From a bacterium (GTDB lineage: Bacteria; Patescibacteriota; Dojkabacteria; JAKAPS01; JAJZLI01), in the NCBI GenBank assembly GCA_021846685.1, contig JAJZWL010000001.1:71484-135483 (forward strand): 64,000 nt of DNA. The letters are read 5' to 3'. Under the pieces are notes generated by a model. It saw only the letters and a list, made by a program, of their open reading frames with translations, searched no databases and had not been told where the DNA came from. Positions 1 through 10,253 of the stretch are shown here, one piece after another. Both the position numbers and the translations under genes were made by a program. How positions within the stretch are numbered: position 1 is the stretch's first letter; the number at the start of each line of letters is the position of its first letter.

Positions 1-20
1 GGAATTAAAAAATATATAAA

Positions 21-548
21 TTATAAATTTTTTAAAACGAGAAAATCTTCTAATAAAATTTTTTTCATATTAGGATTATATAATCCAACTGCTGGATGAT
101 AAAGTGGGATTACTTTATATTTTCCTAACTTAAAGACTTTTCCATGAATCTCTGATATTTTTCTATTCTTTATAAATAAAGATGCCGAGTATCTTCCTAG
201 AGTGCAAATTACAGTAGGATTTATAATTTTTATTTGTCTTTTTAAGTATGGAGAACATTTTTTAATTTCGTTTTCACTAGGATCTCTGTTTTCTGGAGGT
301 CTGCATTTTACAATATTGGTTATAAAAACATCATTTCTTTTAAGGTGTATACTATCTAGAAGTTCATCGAGTAATTTTCCTGATCTTCCACAAAAAGGAA
401 TTCCTTCTTTATCTTCATTTGCACCTGGCGCTTCTCCTATAAAAAATATTTTAGACTGTATAGATCCTTCTCCTGGAACTGCATTAGTTCTTAATTTACA
501 AAGATTACATTTTTTACAATTAAGGATTTCCTTTCTTAATTTATCCAC
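21..548 (-). CDS. udg: Uracil-DNA glycosylase, family 4 (Fe-S)
   Basis: CxxCxL N-terminus, GEAPG, KCRPPENRDP and YHPA motifs. Confidence 0.93.
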   Translation of the reverse strand: MDKLRKEILNCKKCNLCKLRTNAVPGEGSIQSKIFFIGEAPGANEDKEGIPFCGRSGKLLDELLDSIHLKRNDVFITNIVKCRPPENRDPSENEIKKCSPYLKRQIKIINPTVICTLGRYSASLFIKNRKISEIHGKVFKLGKYKVIPLYHPAVGLYNPNMKKILLEDFLVLKNL

Positions 549-1576
549 TAATATCCTATAGGTAAATATTCTTTTAAATTGCTTTTTGTTATTTGTACTG
601 AATCCACTTTATCCATGAGTATTTTTTTTGATACTCTTCTACCTATATTCATAAGGACTCTTTCAAGTTCTCTTATTCCTGCTTCATAGCCAAGAGGTCT
701 TATCATGTCATTCCAAACATCATCATCAAACTTAATTTGTGAAGAATTTAATCCTAGTCGAGTATAGAGTTTTGGTAATATAAAATCTTTAGCTATTTTT
801 AATTTTTCTTCATCTGAGTATGACGAGAATCTAATAATTTCTATCCTATCAAGAAGTGCACTAGATAAGGTGCTTAAATTGTTAGCAGTCAAGATAAACA
901 TAACATTAGATAGATTTACCGGATAATCTATGTAGTGATCTAGGAATGCAGTATTTTGCTCTGGATCCAATATTTCTAAAAATGTTGCCATTACAGAAGA
1001 TCGCACACTACCTTCATCTGAAATTTTATCAAATTCATCTAATAAAATAACAGGATTCATACTTTTTGCACGTATCAATGCTTTTATAATATATCCTGGT
1101 TCTGCATCAGCATTTACTTTTGATTGACCTCGAATTTCTAATACAGAGGCTAGTCCTCCAAGAGCTATTCTTACAAAATTTCTATTTAAAGCTTCGGCTA
1201 TTGAATTTGCTATTGTGGTTTTTCCAATACCTTGTAGTCCTACAAAACACAAAATTGGAGCTGGTTGTTGCTTATTGAAATTCATAGAAGCTAGATATTC
1301 TAAAACTCTTTCTTTCACAGGATCCATTCCATAATGATTTTTATCCATTATCATTTTCGCATTATTAATATCAAGATTATCTTCAGTTTTTTTATCCCAA
1401 GGTATTTGAGTTATAGTATCTATATATTTTGAGGCAATTTCATAATCAGAAGAATAACTTTTGAACTTAGACATCCTATCTAGTCTTCTTAATATAATTT
1501 CGCTATTTTCTCTTAAAGCATCAGGCAGGAAATTATTTGTGATTTTATCTTTTAATACTTGGATGTCATCTATCAT
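548..1576 (-). CDS. Lon-like AAA+ ATPase module only (no N-domain, no protease domain)
   Basis: HYGMDPVKERVLEYLA, Walker A GLQGIGKT, NPVILLDEFDK, LEILDPEQN, GIRELER; ORF ends before the Ser-Lys protease domain. Confidence 0.88.
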   Translation of the reverse strand: MIDDIQVLKDKITNNFLPDALRENSEIILRRLDRMSKFKSYSSDYEIASKYIDTITQIPWDKKTEDNLDINNAKMIMDKNHYGMDPVKERVLEYLASMNFNKQQPAPILCFVGLQGIGKTTIANSIAEALNRNFVRIALGGLASVLEIRGQSKVNADAEPGYIIKALIRAKSMNPVILLDEFDKISDEGSVRSSVMATFLEILDPEQNTAFLDHYIDYPVNLSNVMFILTANNLSTLSSALLDRIEIIRFSSYSDEEKLKIAKDFILPKLYTRLGLNSSQIKFDDDVWNDMIRPLGYEAGIRELERVLMNIGRRVSKKILMDKVDSVQITKSNLKEYLPIGY

Positions 1577-2226
1577 ACTATTCTTCCTATTAAATATCCT
1601 AATAAAGCAGCTATCATACCTATTGTCATTATTTCTATACCATTTATCAATCTAGATCTGCCTTTTTCAGTAGTCTTAACTAATCCTATTATAAATAAAG
1701 TCAGGGCTGATAACAACACTGAAATAATGATAGCTATATGAGGTACAAAAAACATGTATGATAAAGTTGGAATTATAGCTCCAATAAGAAAGGATATTCC
1801 CATAAATGTGGCATCAATTATTGGGCTTGAAATTTTATCTTTATCAAATCCAAGTACTAAATTAGACATTAGCTTACTTTCAAATGCAGGATATTTTTGA
1901 ATGATCTTTAAAAAAGCAAATATATCATCATTTTCAAGTTTTTCTAATTGAAGTTCTTTCTTGATTAATGAATCGGATTTTTCTTCAGAGTCTTTAGCTT
2001 TTACTTCCAAAACATCTCTTTGAGTTTTTGATCCTAGATATGTTCCTGTTGCCATAGAAATAGCCCCACCCACACCTGCTGTTAAAGCTGATATAATTAA
2101 TATTTTAGTATCGGTCACATATGCTAATGTAGTAGTGAGTATGATTGTCGTTACGAGTCCATCTTGGATACCAAATACAATTTGTTTGATTTGGTATAGA
2201 AGGTCATTTCTGAATTTTTTCATCAC
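1573..2226 (-). CDS. VIT1/CCC1 family Fe/Mn transporter
   Basis: VFGIQDGLVT and GAISMATGTYL motifs, about 5 TM segments. Confidence 0.9.
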   Translation of the reverse strand: MMKKFRNDLLYQIKQIVFGIQDGLVTTIILTTTLAYVTDTKILIISALTAGVGGAISMATGTYLGSKTQRDVLEVKAKDSEEKSDSLIKKELQLEKLENDDIFAFLKIIQKYPAFESKLMSNLVLGFDKDKISSPIIDATFMGISFLIGAIIPTLSYMFFVPHIAIIISVLLSALTLFIIGLVKTTEKGRSRLINGIEIMTIGMIAALLGYLIGRIV

Positions 2227-2331
2227 TCAAATATATCATAGATTTTATTAAAAATGAATCTATTTTTTTTACAGAATATTATTAATATGTTATACTTGCG
2301 TATAAATATATATAAATTATAGATAAATATT

Positions 2332-3393
2332 ATGGCTGCACAATCTGATTTTTTAATTGCTATTCATCAAATTGCTTCGGAAAGAGGCATTGATACTCAA
2401 TCTGTAATAGATGCTGTAAATGAAGCCTTGATTGCTGCATATAGAAAGGATTATCCTGCTGAAGAGGAAGATATTATTGAGGCAAAGATAGATGATACTA
2501 CTGGGCAATTCATTATTATTGTTAATGGAAAAGATTCTACTCCTAAAGACTTTGGTAGGATTGCATCTCAAACAGCTAAACAAGTTATACTTCAAAAGGT
2601 CTCTGAGGAGGAGAGGGATACATTACTTTCTCAGATAGAAAAAAGAATGGGATCCTTGGAAATAGCTACAGTACAAAGATTTGATGGCCAAAATATAATA
2701 GTTGAGGTAGGGAAAATATCTGCAATTATGCCTCAATCTGAACAAATTTATGGAGAAATCCTTCGTCCAGGGGCAAAAATAAAAGTATATTTGAAGGAAA
2801 TTCAAGAAATTCCAACTGGAGGTAGAAAATTAATAGTATCTAGATCCTCTGATTTATTTATAAAGGCTTTGTTTGAAAATGAAGTTCCTGAGATAGCTAA
2901 TTCTACTGTTATTATAAAAAATATTGCACGAGAAGCAGGTTCTAGGACTAAAGTTGCAGTATATTCAGACGCTCAAGGTATAGATCCTATAGGAGCTTGT
3001 GTTGGGCAAAGAGGTATGAGAATAATTTCTATGACTAATGAGTTAGGTAGTGAAAAGATAGATATTATTCTTTGGGATGATGATCTTGAAAAATATATAA
3101 AAAATTCTTTATCTCCAGCTAAACCGGTTGCATTAAGATTTAATAAAGAAGAAAATCATGTAAGTGTTATTGTTCCTGAGGAACAACTATCTTTAGCTAT
3201 TGGTAAGGATGGTCAAAATGTAAGGTTAGCAGCTAAACTAACTTCATGGAATATAGATATAGAATCTGATGGTGTAGTAACTTCTGATGAAGTCGTAACT
3301 GAAGACGCTAAAGAACCTATTGAAAATACTGATAAAGTTGATGAGAAAATTTCTACTAAAAATTCAACAAGCAAAACGAAAGAAAATAATTAA
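2332..3393 (+). CDS. nusA: Transcription termination factor NusA
   Basis: FGRIASQTAKQ, AREAGSRTKVAV, LSLAIGKDGQNVRLAAKLT. Confidence 0.97.
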   Translation: MAAQSDFLIAIHQIASERGIDTQSVIDAVNEALIAAYRKDYPAEEEDIIEAKIDDTTGQFIIIVNGKDSTPKDFGRIASQTAKQVILQKVSEEERDTLLSQIEKRMGSLEIATVQRFDGQNIIVEVGKISAIMPQSEQIYGEILRPGAKIKVYLKEIQEIPTGGRKLIVSRSSDLFIKALFENEVPEIANSTVIIKNIAREAGSRTKVAVYSDAQGIDPIGACVGQRGMRIISMTNELGSEKIDIILWDDDLEKYIKNSLSPAKPVALRFNKEENHVSVIVPEEQLSLAIGKDGQNVRLAAKLTSWNIDIESDGVVTSDEVVTEDAKEPIENTDKVDEKISTKNSTSKTKENN

Positions 3394-3460
3394 AAAAATC
3401 CAATAAGTATAGTATGTTTTTGTTTTAAGCTGTTTTTAGTGATATACTAGCCTATATATA

Positions 3461-4972
3461 ATGCATAAAAAAGAAAAAGAGATACAATTAAAAAGACCTC
3501 CAGTTGTCACAATTATGGGTCATGTTGACCATGGAAAGACTTCTATCCTTGATGCTATAAAAAATACTAATACTATAACTCAAGAGGCTGGTGGAATTAC
3601 TCAAAATATTAGTGCTTTTGATATTGAATTTAAAACAAGGCATATAACTTTTATAGATACTCCTGGTCATGAGTTATTTTCTAATATGAGAAAAAATGGG
3701 GTTTTAATAACTGATTTAGTTCTATTAGTTATTGCTGTTGATGATGGTATTATGCCTCAAACAAAAGAGGTTATAAATATAATAAAAGAAAATAATTTAA
3801 AAACAATAGTAGTTTTTAACAAGATTGATCTTCCTTCAAATAATATACATAAAATAAAATCTGATCTTGCAAGAGAGGGGATTTTACTAGAAGGTTATGG
3901 AGGAGATGTTCCATTTCAAGAAATATCTGCAAAGTCAAAACAAGGAATAGATGAATTAATGGAGTTAATTTTTCTTCAATATGACTTTTTAGATGATATA
4001 TATACTGCTGAAAATAATAATTCAATGGTTGTATTAGAGTCATATAAAGATAATCATGTAGGAAATATTAGTCTGTGTATTGTAGAAAATGGAATAGTTA
4101 AAGTAGGGCAATATATTTACTCTTTATCTACAGGAGAACTTGGAAAAATAAGGTCTATAAAAAATGATAGAATGATGAGTATAAAAGAAGCAGGAGAATC
4201 TTGTCCTATATATATATCAGGCTCTAATAATTTTTTACAAGTTGGAGAGCAAGTACTTTTTTCAGATGTAAAATTAAATATAAAACCAGAGGAAATAAAA
4301 TCACAAGAACAGGTCATAGAGAATACTGAAGAATTATCTGAAGAAGAGATTTTTAAACTTGAAAATCCTATTAAAAAGCTTTCAATAATTGTCAAAGCTG
4401 ATACAGTAGGTTCTTTAGATGCTATAGTCTCAGCTCTAAATGGAATAGAACTTAATAATATTGAAATTGATATATTTAGAAAAGAATTAGGAGATGTAAT
4501 TGAAGAAGATTTAAATACTGCTAAAGATACATATTCTGTAATAATTGGATTTAACATTAAATCTAATTCTAGAATTAAAAAAATGGCTCAAAATATGCAT
4601 GTCATTATTATGACATATGATATTCTGTATAGATTAGTTGAGGATGTTAAAGATGCAGCTGAGTCATTAATACCTCCTGAGTATATAGAAATTAATAATG
4701 GAAAGGCTGAAGTAAAGCAAATAATAAAATTATCCAACAAATCTTTAGTCTTAGGATCTTTAGTTTTTGAAGGTAAAATATTAAATTCGAGTAAGTGTAA
4801 AGTACTTAGAAAAGATGAGATTGTTTTTGAAGGCAAAATTATCTCTTTAAAGCATTTAAAAGATGAGGTTAAAGAAGTAAGTTCTGGTACAGAGTGTGGT
4901 ATAATAGTATCTCCTAGTTTTGAAGCTGAGATAGGAGATACTATAGTTTCATATATATTAGATAAAGTGTAA
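3461..4972 (+). CDS. infB: Translation initiation factor IF-2 (short, no N-terminal domain)
   Basis: [35 protein letters not shown]. Confidence 0.96.
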   Translation: MHKKEKEIQLKRPPVVTIMGHVDHGKTSILDAIKNTNTITQEAGGITQNISAFDIEFKTRHITFIDTPGHELFSNMRKNGVLITDLVLLVIAVDDGIMPQTKEVINIIKENNLKTIVVFNKIDLPSNNIHKIKSDLAREGILLEGYGGDVPFQEISAKSKQGIDELMELIFLQYDFLDDIYTAENNNSMVVLESYKDNHVGNISLCIVENGIVKVGQYIYSLSTGELGKIRSIKNDRMMSIKEAGESCPIYISGSNNFLQVGEQVLFSDVKLNIKPEEIKSQEQVIENTEELSEEEIFKLENPIKKLSIIVKADTVGSLDAIVSALNGIELNNIEIDIFRKELGDVIEEDLNTAKDTYSVIIGFNIKSNSRIKKMAQNMHVIIMTYDILYRLVEDVKDAAESLIPPEYIEINNGKAEVKQIIKLSNKSLVLGSLVFEGKILNSSKCKVLRKDEIVFEGKIISLKHLKDEVKEVSSGTECGIIVSPSFEAEIGDTIVSYILDKV

Positions 4973-5007
4973 TACAATTTTCTGCCCCATTTATTTATAA
5001 TATTTAA

Positions 5008-6117
5008 ATGGATAAAGAAAAAATTCTAACTAAATTAGATAAAATAATTACTTCAAGTAATAAGATTCTTTTAGTTACAAATACTAGACCAACCCTTGAT
5101 AGTGTTGCATCTCTTTTTTTGATGTGGCATTTTTTAACAGTTAATTTTAAAAAAAATGTTAATATTTATATCCCCAATTTTCCTCATAGGTTAGAATACT
5201 TATTCAATTATTCTATGTTAGAAAAAAAGGATATCATTAATCTATTTTTAAGAGAATATAAATTGTCAGTTAAAAAACAAGACGGACAAGTAGATCATGT
5301 CCGATATGCTGATGACAATAAAAGTTTTAATTTTTTTATTGCACTTAAAAAAGGAGCACTAGATTTATCTTCAGTAAAACTAGATAAAGCTTCTTTTGAA
5401 TATGATTTAATAGTGACTCTAGATGTGGAGGACCTTAATTTTATAGGAGATCTTTATAAGACATATAAATCTGATTTTGATAATTTTATTAAAATTGTGA
5501 ACATAGATAGTCATGATAAGAATCTTAAATTTGGAGATTTAAATATACTTTCAACAGAATATTCTTCTACATCTGAAATAGTATTTAATCTCATTTCTCA
5601 GTTTGATAGTATTACTTCTCAAAAAGAGTATCAATTAGTATTAATGAGTATTTTATCTAATACAGAGAACTTATCAGTAGGGAATATTCCTATAAAGACC
5701 TTCGAAAATTTGTCTATATTACAAACTAAGGGAGGCAGTATTAGAAATTCTATACTGGAAGTATATTCACCTTTGGATATACAAGATTTTAAAATTAAGG
5801 CTAATATATTAAAAAATATAACCGAATATAAATATAAAGGAAAGAAATATTTATACTCAGTTATAAATAAAGGGGATATTCGCTCTTCATATCTTTCAGA
5901 GATTTATATGAAAGATGTTGATTTGACCTGTATTGCAGTAAAAGGAGATTCATTAAAGATTTATATTAAGGATTTTAAAAATAGACTCAATGAGAAAGTT
6001 CTTTTAAGTCAATTTAAAGATGTGAAATTTGATAGTGGGGTATATTCTTTTAATTCAGATAGTGAAAATATTGAAGATGTATTAGAGTTAATAGCTAATA
6101 TTAAACTTGTTTCATAG
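5008..6117 (+). CDS. Degenerate DHH-family (NrnA-like) phosphoesterase
   Basis: DLIVTLD, NIDSH (DHH-like), SSTSEIV; lies after infB as nrnA often does. Confidence 0.65.
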   Translation: MDKEKILTKLDKIITSSNKILLVTNTRPTLDSVASLFLMWHFLTVNFKKNVNIYIPNFPHRLEYLFNYSMLEKKDIINLFLREYKLSVKKQDGQVDHVRYADDNKSFNFFIALKKGALDLSSVKLDKASFEYDLIVTLDVEDLNFIGDLYKTYKSDFDNFIKIVNIDSHDKNLKFGDLNILSTEYSSTSEIVFNLISQFDSITSQKEYQLVLMSILSNTENLSVGNIPIKTFENLSILQTKGGSIRNSILEVYSPLDIQDFKIKANILKNITEYKYKGKKYLYSVINKGDIRSSYLSEIYMKDVDLTCIAVKGDSLKIYIKDFKNRLNEKVLLSQFKDVKFDSGVYSFNSDSENIEDVLELIANIKLVS

Positions 6118-8155
6118 ATAATTTTAACCTTCCTTGATCATCTTCTCCTATTAATTTTACTAAAACCTCTTGACCTTCTTTTACTACAGTATTAGCATCT
6201 TTAACAAATTCATCAGACATTTCAGATACATGTACTAATCCAGAAATTGAAGGTGTTATATTAACAAATGCTCCAAAATTCATTACTTTTGCAACTTTTC
6301 CTTTATATATCTCTCCTATTTCTAATTCTTGTACTATAGCAGAAATCATTTCAAGTGCAATATTTTTACTTTCTTCTGAAGTTGTTGCGATTGAGATTAC
6401 TCCTTCATCAGAAATATCTATATCAGCTCCAGATTTTTCAATAATATTTTTTATAACTTTTCCGCCAGGACCAATAAGTTCTCCTATTCTATCTTGTTTT
6501 ACTTTCATAACCTCAATTTGAGGAGCATATTCAGAAATTTTTTCTCTTGGTTCTTTTAGTACTTTTAACATCTCTGAAAGTATGTATTCTCTAGCAGTTT
6601 TTGCCTGAATTAGGGCTTCAGATAATATATTAGCAGGGATACCTTTTAATTTATTATCCATTTGAAGTGCTGTAATACCATTAATAGTACCTGCAACTTT
6701 GAAATCCATATCTCCAAAATGATCCTCTGGTCCTTGTATATCAGTAAGAATAACGTAGTCTTTTTCTCCTTCTTCTTTAATTAATCCCATGGCAATACCA
6801 GATACTGGGGATTTAATTTTTACTCCTGCAGCCATTAAAGATAGAGTAGATCCACAGACTGAAGCCATTGATGAAGAACCGTTAGATGAAAGCGTTTCTG
6901 ATACAACTCTAATAGCATAAGGAAATTCTTCTACTTTTGGAATTTCATTCTCTAAAGCTCTTTCTGCTAATGCTCCATGTCCTATATCTCTTCTTCCTGG
7001 ATAATAAAGATTTCTACTTAATTCTCCAACTGACCAACCAGGAAAATTGTAATAATGAAGATATCTTTTTGTTTCTTCTCCATCAATACTCTCTATAGTT
7101 TGTTGATGCCTTAATGGTGCTATAGTTGCAATTGATAATACTTGAGTTTCTCCTCTTTGGAAAAGAGCTGAACCATGTGTTCTAGGAAGAATATCTATAT
7201 CTATAGATAATTTTCTGACTTCATCAAATTTTCTTTTATCAGGCCTTATTTTATTTTTCAATATACCCTCTCTTGTTGTTTTTTTAGTTAATAGTTCGAT
7301 AGCTTCACTAATTTGTCCATCTTCATACTTTTCACTAAAAGCGTCTTTAATTTTATGATGCAAGTGCTTATCTTCTTCTTCCCACATTGATTTTTCTATA
7401 TCTTTATAGAAGTCTTTGGTTATATCTTCTAATAATTCTTGTGGGACTTCTACACTTCTATATTCTAATTTTTCAGGTTTAAATTCTTTTATAAAATCTT
7501 CTTGGAATTTGATGAAATCCTCTGATGCTTTTTTCCCGAATTCGATAGCTTTTATCATTAAATCTTCTTTAATACTATCTGCGCCACACTCTATCATTGA
7601 TATAGAATCTTTAGTAGCTGATAAAGTTAAATTTAAAGGTAGGGTATTTATTATTTGTACTGAAGGATTTAATGTAAGTTCATCGTCTTTTAATCCTATA
7701 TTTACTGATGCTACTGGACCTTCAAGAGGTATTCCTCCCAACATTAAAGCGAGAGATGCTGCATTGATAGCTAATATTCCTGGATCATTAATTTTGTCAT
7801 AAGATAGCACATTTACTACTAATTGTACTTCATTTCTAAAATCCTCTGCAAATAAAGGTCGTAAAGATCTGTCTATAATTCTTGATTTTAATATTTCATC
7901 AGCAGAAGGTCTTCCTTCTCTTTTTATAAATCTAGAAGATGATATTATCCCACTGGCATATAACTTCTCTAAATACTCAACAGTTAATGGGAAAAAATTT
8001 ATATATTCATCTTTTTCTTTAGTAACTACAGTAGCTAAAACAACTGTATCTCCTGCGGAAGCTAAAACTGAAGATAGAGCTTGTTGTGCTAATCGACCAG
8101 TTTCAAATGAATATTTTGTTCCGGCAATTTCAACCTCTTTTCTTATCACACTCAT
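6101..8155 (-). CDS. pnp: Polynucleotide phosphorylase
   Basis: FFPLTVEY, HGSALFQRGETQ, SNGSSSMASVCG, GDMDFKVAGT, KH and S1 domains. Confidence 0.98.
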   Translation of the reverse strand: MSVIRKEVEIAGTKYSFETGRLAQQALSSVLASAGDTVVLATVVTKEKDEYINFFPLTVEYLEKLYASGIISSSRFIKREGRPSADEILKSRIIDRSLRPLFAEDFRNEVQLVVNVLSYDKINDPGILAINAASLALMLGGIPLEGPVASVNIGLKDDELTLNPSVQIINTLPLNLTLSATKDSISMIECGADSIKEDLMIKAIEFGKKASEDFIKFQEDFIKEFKPEKLEYRSVEVPQELLEDITKDFYKDIEKSMWEEEDKHLHHKIKDAFSEKYEDGQISEAIELLTKKTTREGILKNKIRPDKRKFDEVRKLSIDIDILPRTHGSALFQRGETQVLSIATIAPLRHQQTIESIDGEETKRYLHYYNFPGWSVGELSRNLYYPGRRDIGHGALAERALENEIPKVEEFPYAIRVVSETLSSNGSSSMASVCGSTLSLMAAGVKIKSPVSGIAMGLIKEEGEKDYVILTDIQGPEDHFGDMDFKVAGTINGITALQMDNKLKGIPANILSEALIQAKTAREYILSEMLKVLKEPREKISEYAPQIEVMKVKQDRIGELIGPGGKVIKNIIEKSGADIDISDEGVISIATTSEESKNIALEMISAIVQELEIGEIYKGKVAKVMNFGAFVNITPSISGLVHVSEMSDEFVKDANTVVKEGQEVLVKLIGEDDQGRLKLSMKQV

Positions 8156-8451
8156 TTCTTAAGACCCAGTTTCTTTATTAATACAGCATATCTTTCTTCG
8201 TCTATTGATCCAAGAAAAGAAATAATTCTTCTTCTTTTTCCAATAAGTTGTAATAATCCTCTTCTAGAGTGATTATCCTTTTTATTTTGTTTCAGATGTT
8301 CAGATAATTGAAGAATTCTTTGAGTAAATAATGCAGCTTGTACTTCAGGAGATCCATTATCACCTTCGTGAGTTGCAAAAGTTTTAATTATAGTATCCCT
8401 ACTTTCTCCTAGAAAATTAATTTGATTATCTTTTTTTTCTTTATCAACCAT
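8152..8451 (-). CDS. rpsO: 30S ribosomal protein S15
   Basis: GSPEVQ, HL..NKKDNHSRRGLL; stop overlaps the pnp start. Confidence 0.97.
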   Translation of the reverse strand: MVDKEKKDNQINFLGESRDTIIKTFATHEGDNGSPEVQAALFTQRILQLSEHLKQNKKDNHSRRGLLQLIGKRRRIISFLGSIDEERYAVLIKKLGLKK

Positions 8452-8763
8452 GGTTTTTATTTAACAAAAACAGCTCAAAATCACAGAGCCATATACATAT
8501 ATTATATTTTTTAGTAAAAGAAGCTTTATGGGTTTAATATTAACACAAATCTTTTATAAAAGTCAAAATCATATAGTACGGATGTTAGTATAAGGTTATA
8601 AGTTAAATAGGTATGTATAAGATACATAGGTAGGGTATTTGAAGTTAGAGAATATTTGCAAAATAGAATTAGATAATTTGCCAAATACATTTATTTTAAA
8701 TCTTTGGTTTTTATGATAGATAATATGAAAAATTTACAATGTAAGGGGAATATTAACTTTGTT

Positions 8764-8800
8764 TATTGAGAAGAAAGGATTATTGAGAAGAAAGGATTAT
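8764..8800. repeat. 17-bp tandem duplication (tattgagaagaaaggat x2)
   Basis: Seen directly in the intergenic region. Confidence 0.85.
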
Positions 8801-9070
8801 TTTTTTGAGAAAATAATAATCGATCTGTATTAGTAGGGGGTTATAGATTTTTGATACAAGGAATTAAGTTTGAAATTTTAGCAGATGCATGTACATCTTT
8901 ATATGGAACAAAAAATCATTTCTATTCCATTCATAGTTCAAGGTATATTCTTGGGAAGTACAATGTTGTCACTCTTTCTGAAATTTGATTAAAAATGATG
9001 ATTTAGTAAGATGTACTTTCATAAGTTGATTTACTAGTTATATCACAGATATTTAATTGAAAGAGTAGTA

Positions 9071-10048
9071 TTAATTACTATTTTGTACTATAAAATAACA
9101 GCTCCATTGGTTACCTTTTCCGTCATGTAGCATTCTTGCCATATCTGCAATTTGTGCATAAGGATTTTCTATTCCAAATGAGGCATAAGGATTTTTAGCT
9201 GTATTAAAAGTAGTAGCCATGAATTGAGCTATTCCATAAGCTCCTGATGGATTTTGTGCTGTAGGTTCAAAATGACTTTCACAAGTTATTATCTTATTCA
9301 TTAATATAGAATTTACTCCATAATTTGAAGCTGCTTGATTTATAAAATTTATATAATATTCTCTTCCAGTAGGATAGGATGATTCTGTAGGTATAGGCAA
9401 AATACTATTAGGAGGGCTTGGAGCTACTGGTTTAGGAGGGCTTGGAACTGCTGGTTTAGGAGAGCTCTGATTTACTTGTTTAACTTGTTTAAGAGGGCTT
9501 TGCTCTGTTAATTGAGTATTTTCTTCTTGAATGAGTTTATTTACAGCTTCTTTATTCAATAATGCTTCTTTAGAATTTGTTATTATAGGAGTAATTGGTC
9601 GTAGGCTTGTTGCTATAGGTATAAGATTGTTTGGTAGTAATCCTTGTTCTGGAGAATTTGTAATAGGAATAATTGGCAGTAATGTTGCGAGGGCTAATGT
9701 TCCTCGTCCTAATTTTTGTTTAAATGCAGTCAATCTATCTTTAATTACTACTTTTTCTCTGGTAGGAATATTGCTATTTAATGCTGCATTATTAATGATA
9801 GCTAACTTTTCAGGGTCTAATGGGTGAAAAGCCGCATTAGCTTCATTAAAAAAAACAGAAAAAGCATAAATAGTTTTACTATCCATACTTATATTCCCTG
9901 AATTAGGCTTTTTTTTCTCTATAGCTGAAGATGTTCTTCTTATAGAAGCTGATAAAAGTTCTTTTTCATCTGCTATAAGATGGTCACCCTCTTTTGCTAT
10001 TGCAACAGGAATTATATCCCTGTGCAAGACAGGTTCTCTTTCATACAT
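9071..10048 (-). CDS. Lytic transglycosylase (SLT/lysozyme-like) with Pro-rich linker
   Basis: C-terminal IITCESHF..A.NPSGAYGIAQF; SPKPAVPSPPKPVAPSPP linker. Confidence 0.8.
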   Translation of the reverse strand: MYEREPVLHRDIIPVAIAKEGDHLIADEKELLSASIRRTSSAIEKKKPNSGNISMDSKTIYAFSVFFNEANAAFHPLDPEKLAIINNAALNSNIPTREKVVIKDRLTAFKQKLGRGTLALATLLPIIPITNSPEQGLLPNNLIPIATSLRPITPIITNSKEALLNKEAVNKLIQEENTQLTEQSPLKQVKQVNQSSPKPAVPSPPKPVAPSPPNSILPIPTESSYPTGREYYINFINQAASNYGVNSILMNKIITCESHFEPTAQNPSGAYGIAQFMATTFNTAKNPYASFGIENPYAQIADMARMLHDGKGNQWSCYFIVQNSN

Positions 10049-10253
10049 AGGCTATGTTACAAAATACAAAGGATCAGTCATTCTTGCACGAACTTATAGT
10101 TTTTGTCAAATATTGAGAACTAATGAATGCTTAATGCTATTGGGATAAGGGTTTTTAGATTGTCATAACCTTTATTATTTGTGCAAAATCGAAAAGTATT
10201 TCCTTTTATCTTTAAATAGACAAGTGTATTGTTATTTGTTAATATTTTATATT

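Noticed and set aside
8452-9070. ncRNA or riboswitch in the long intergenic region
   Set aside because: No GC-rich stems or recognisable motif; only a 17-bp duplication, possibly a decayed gene.
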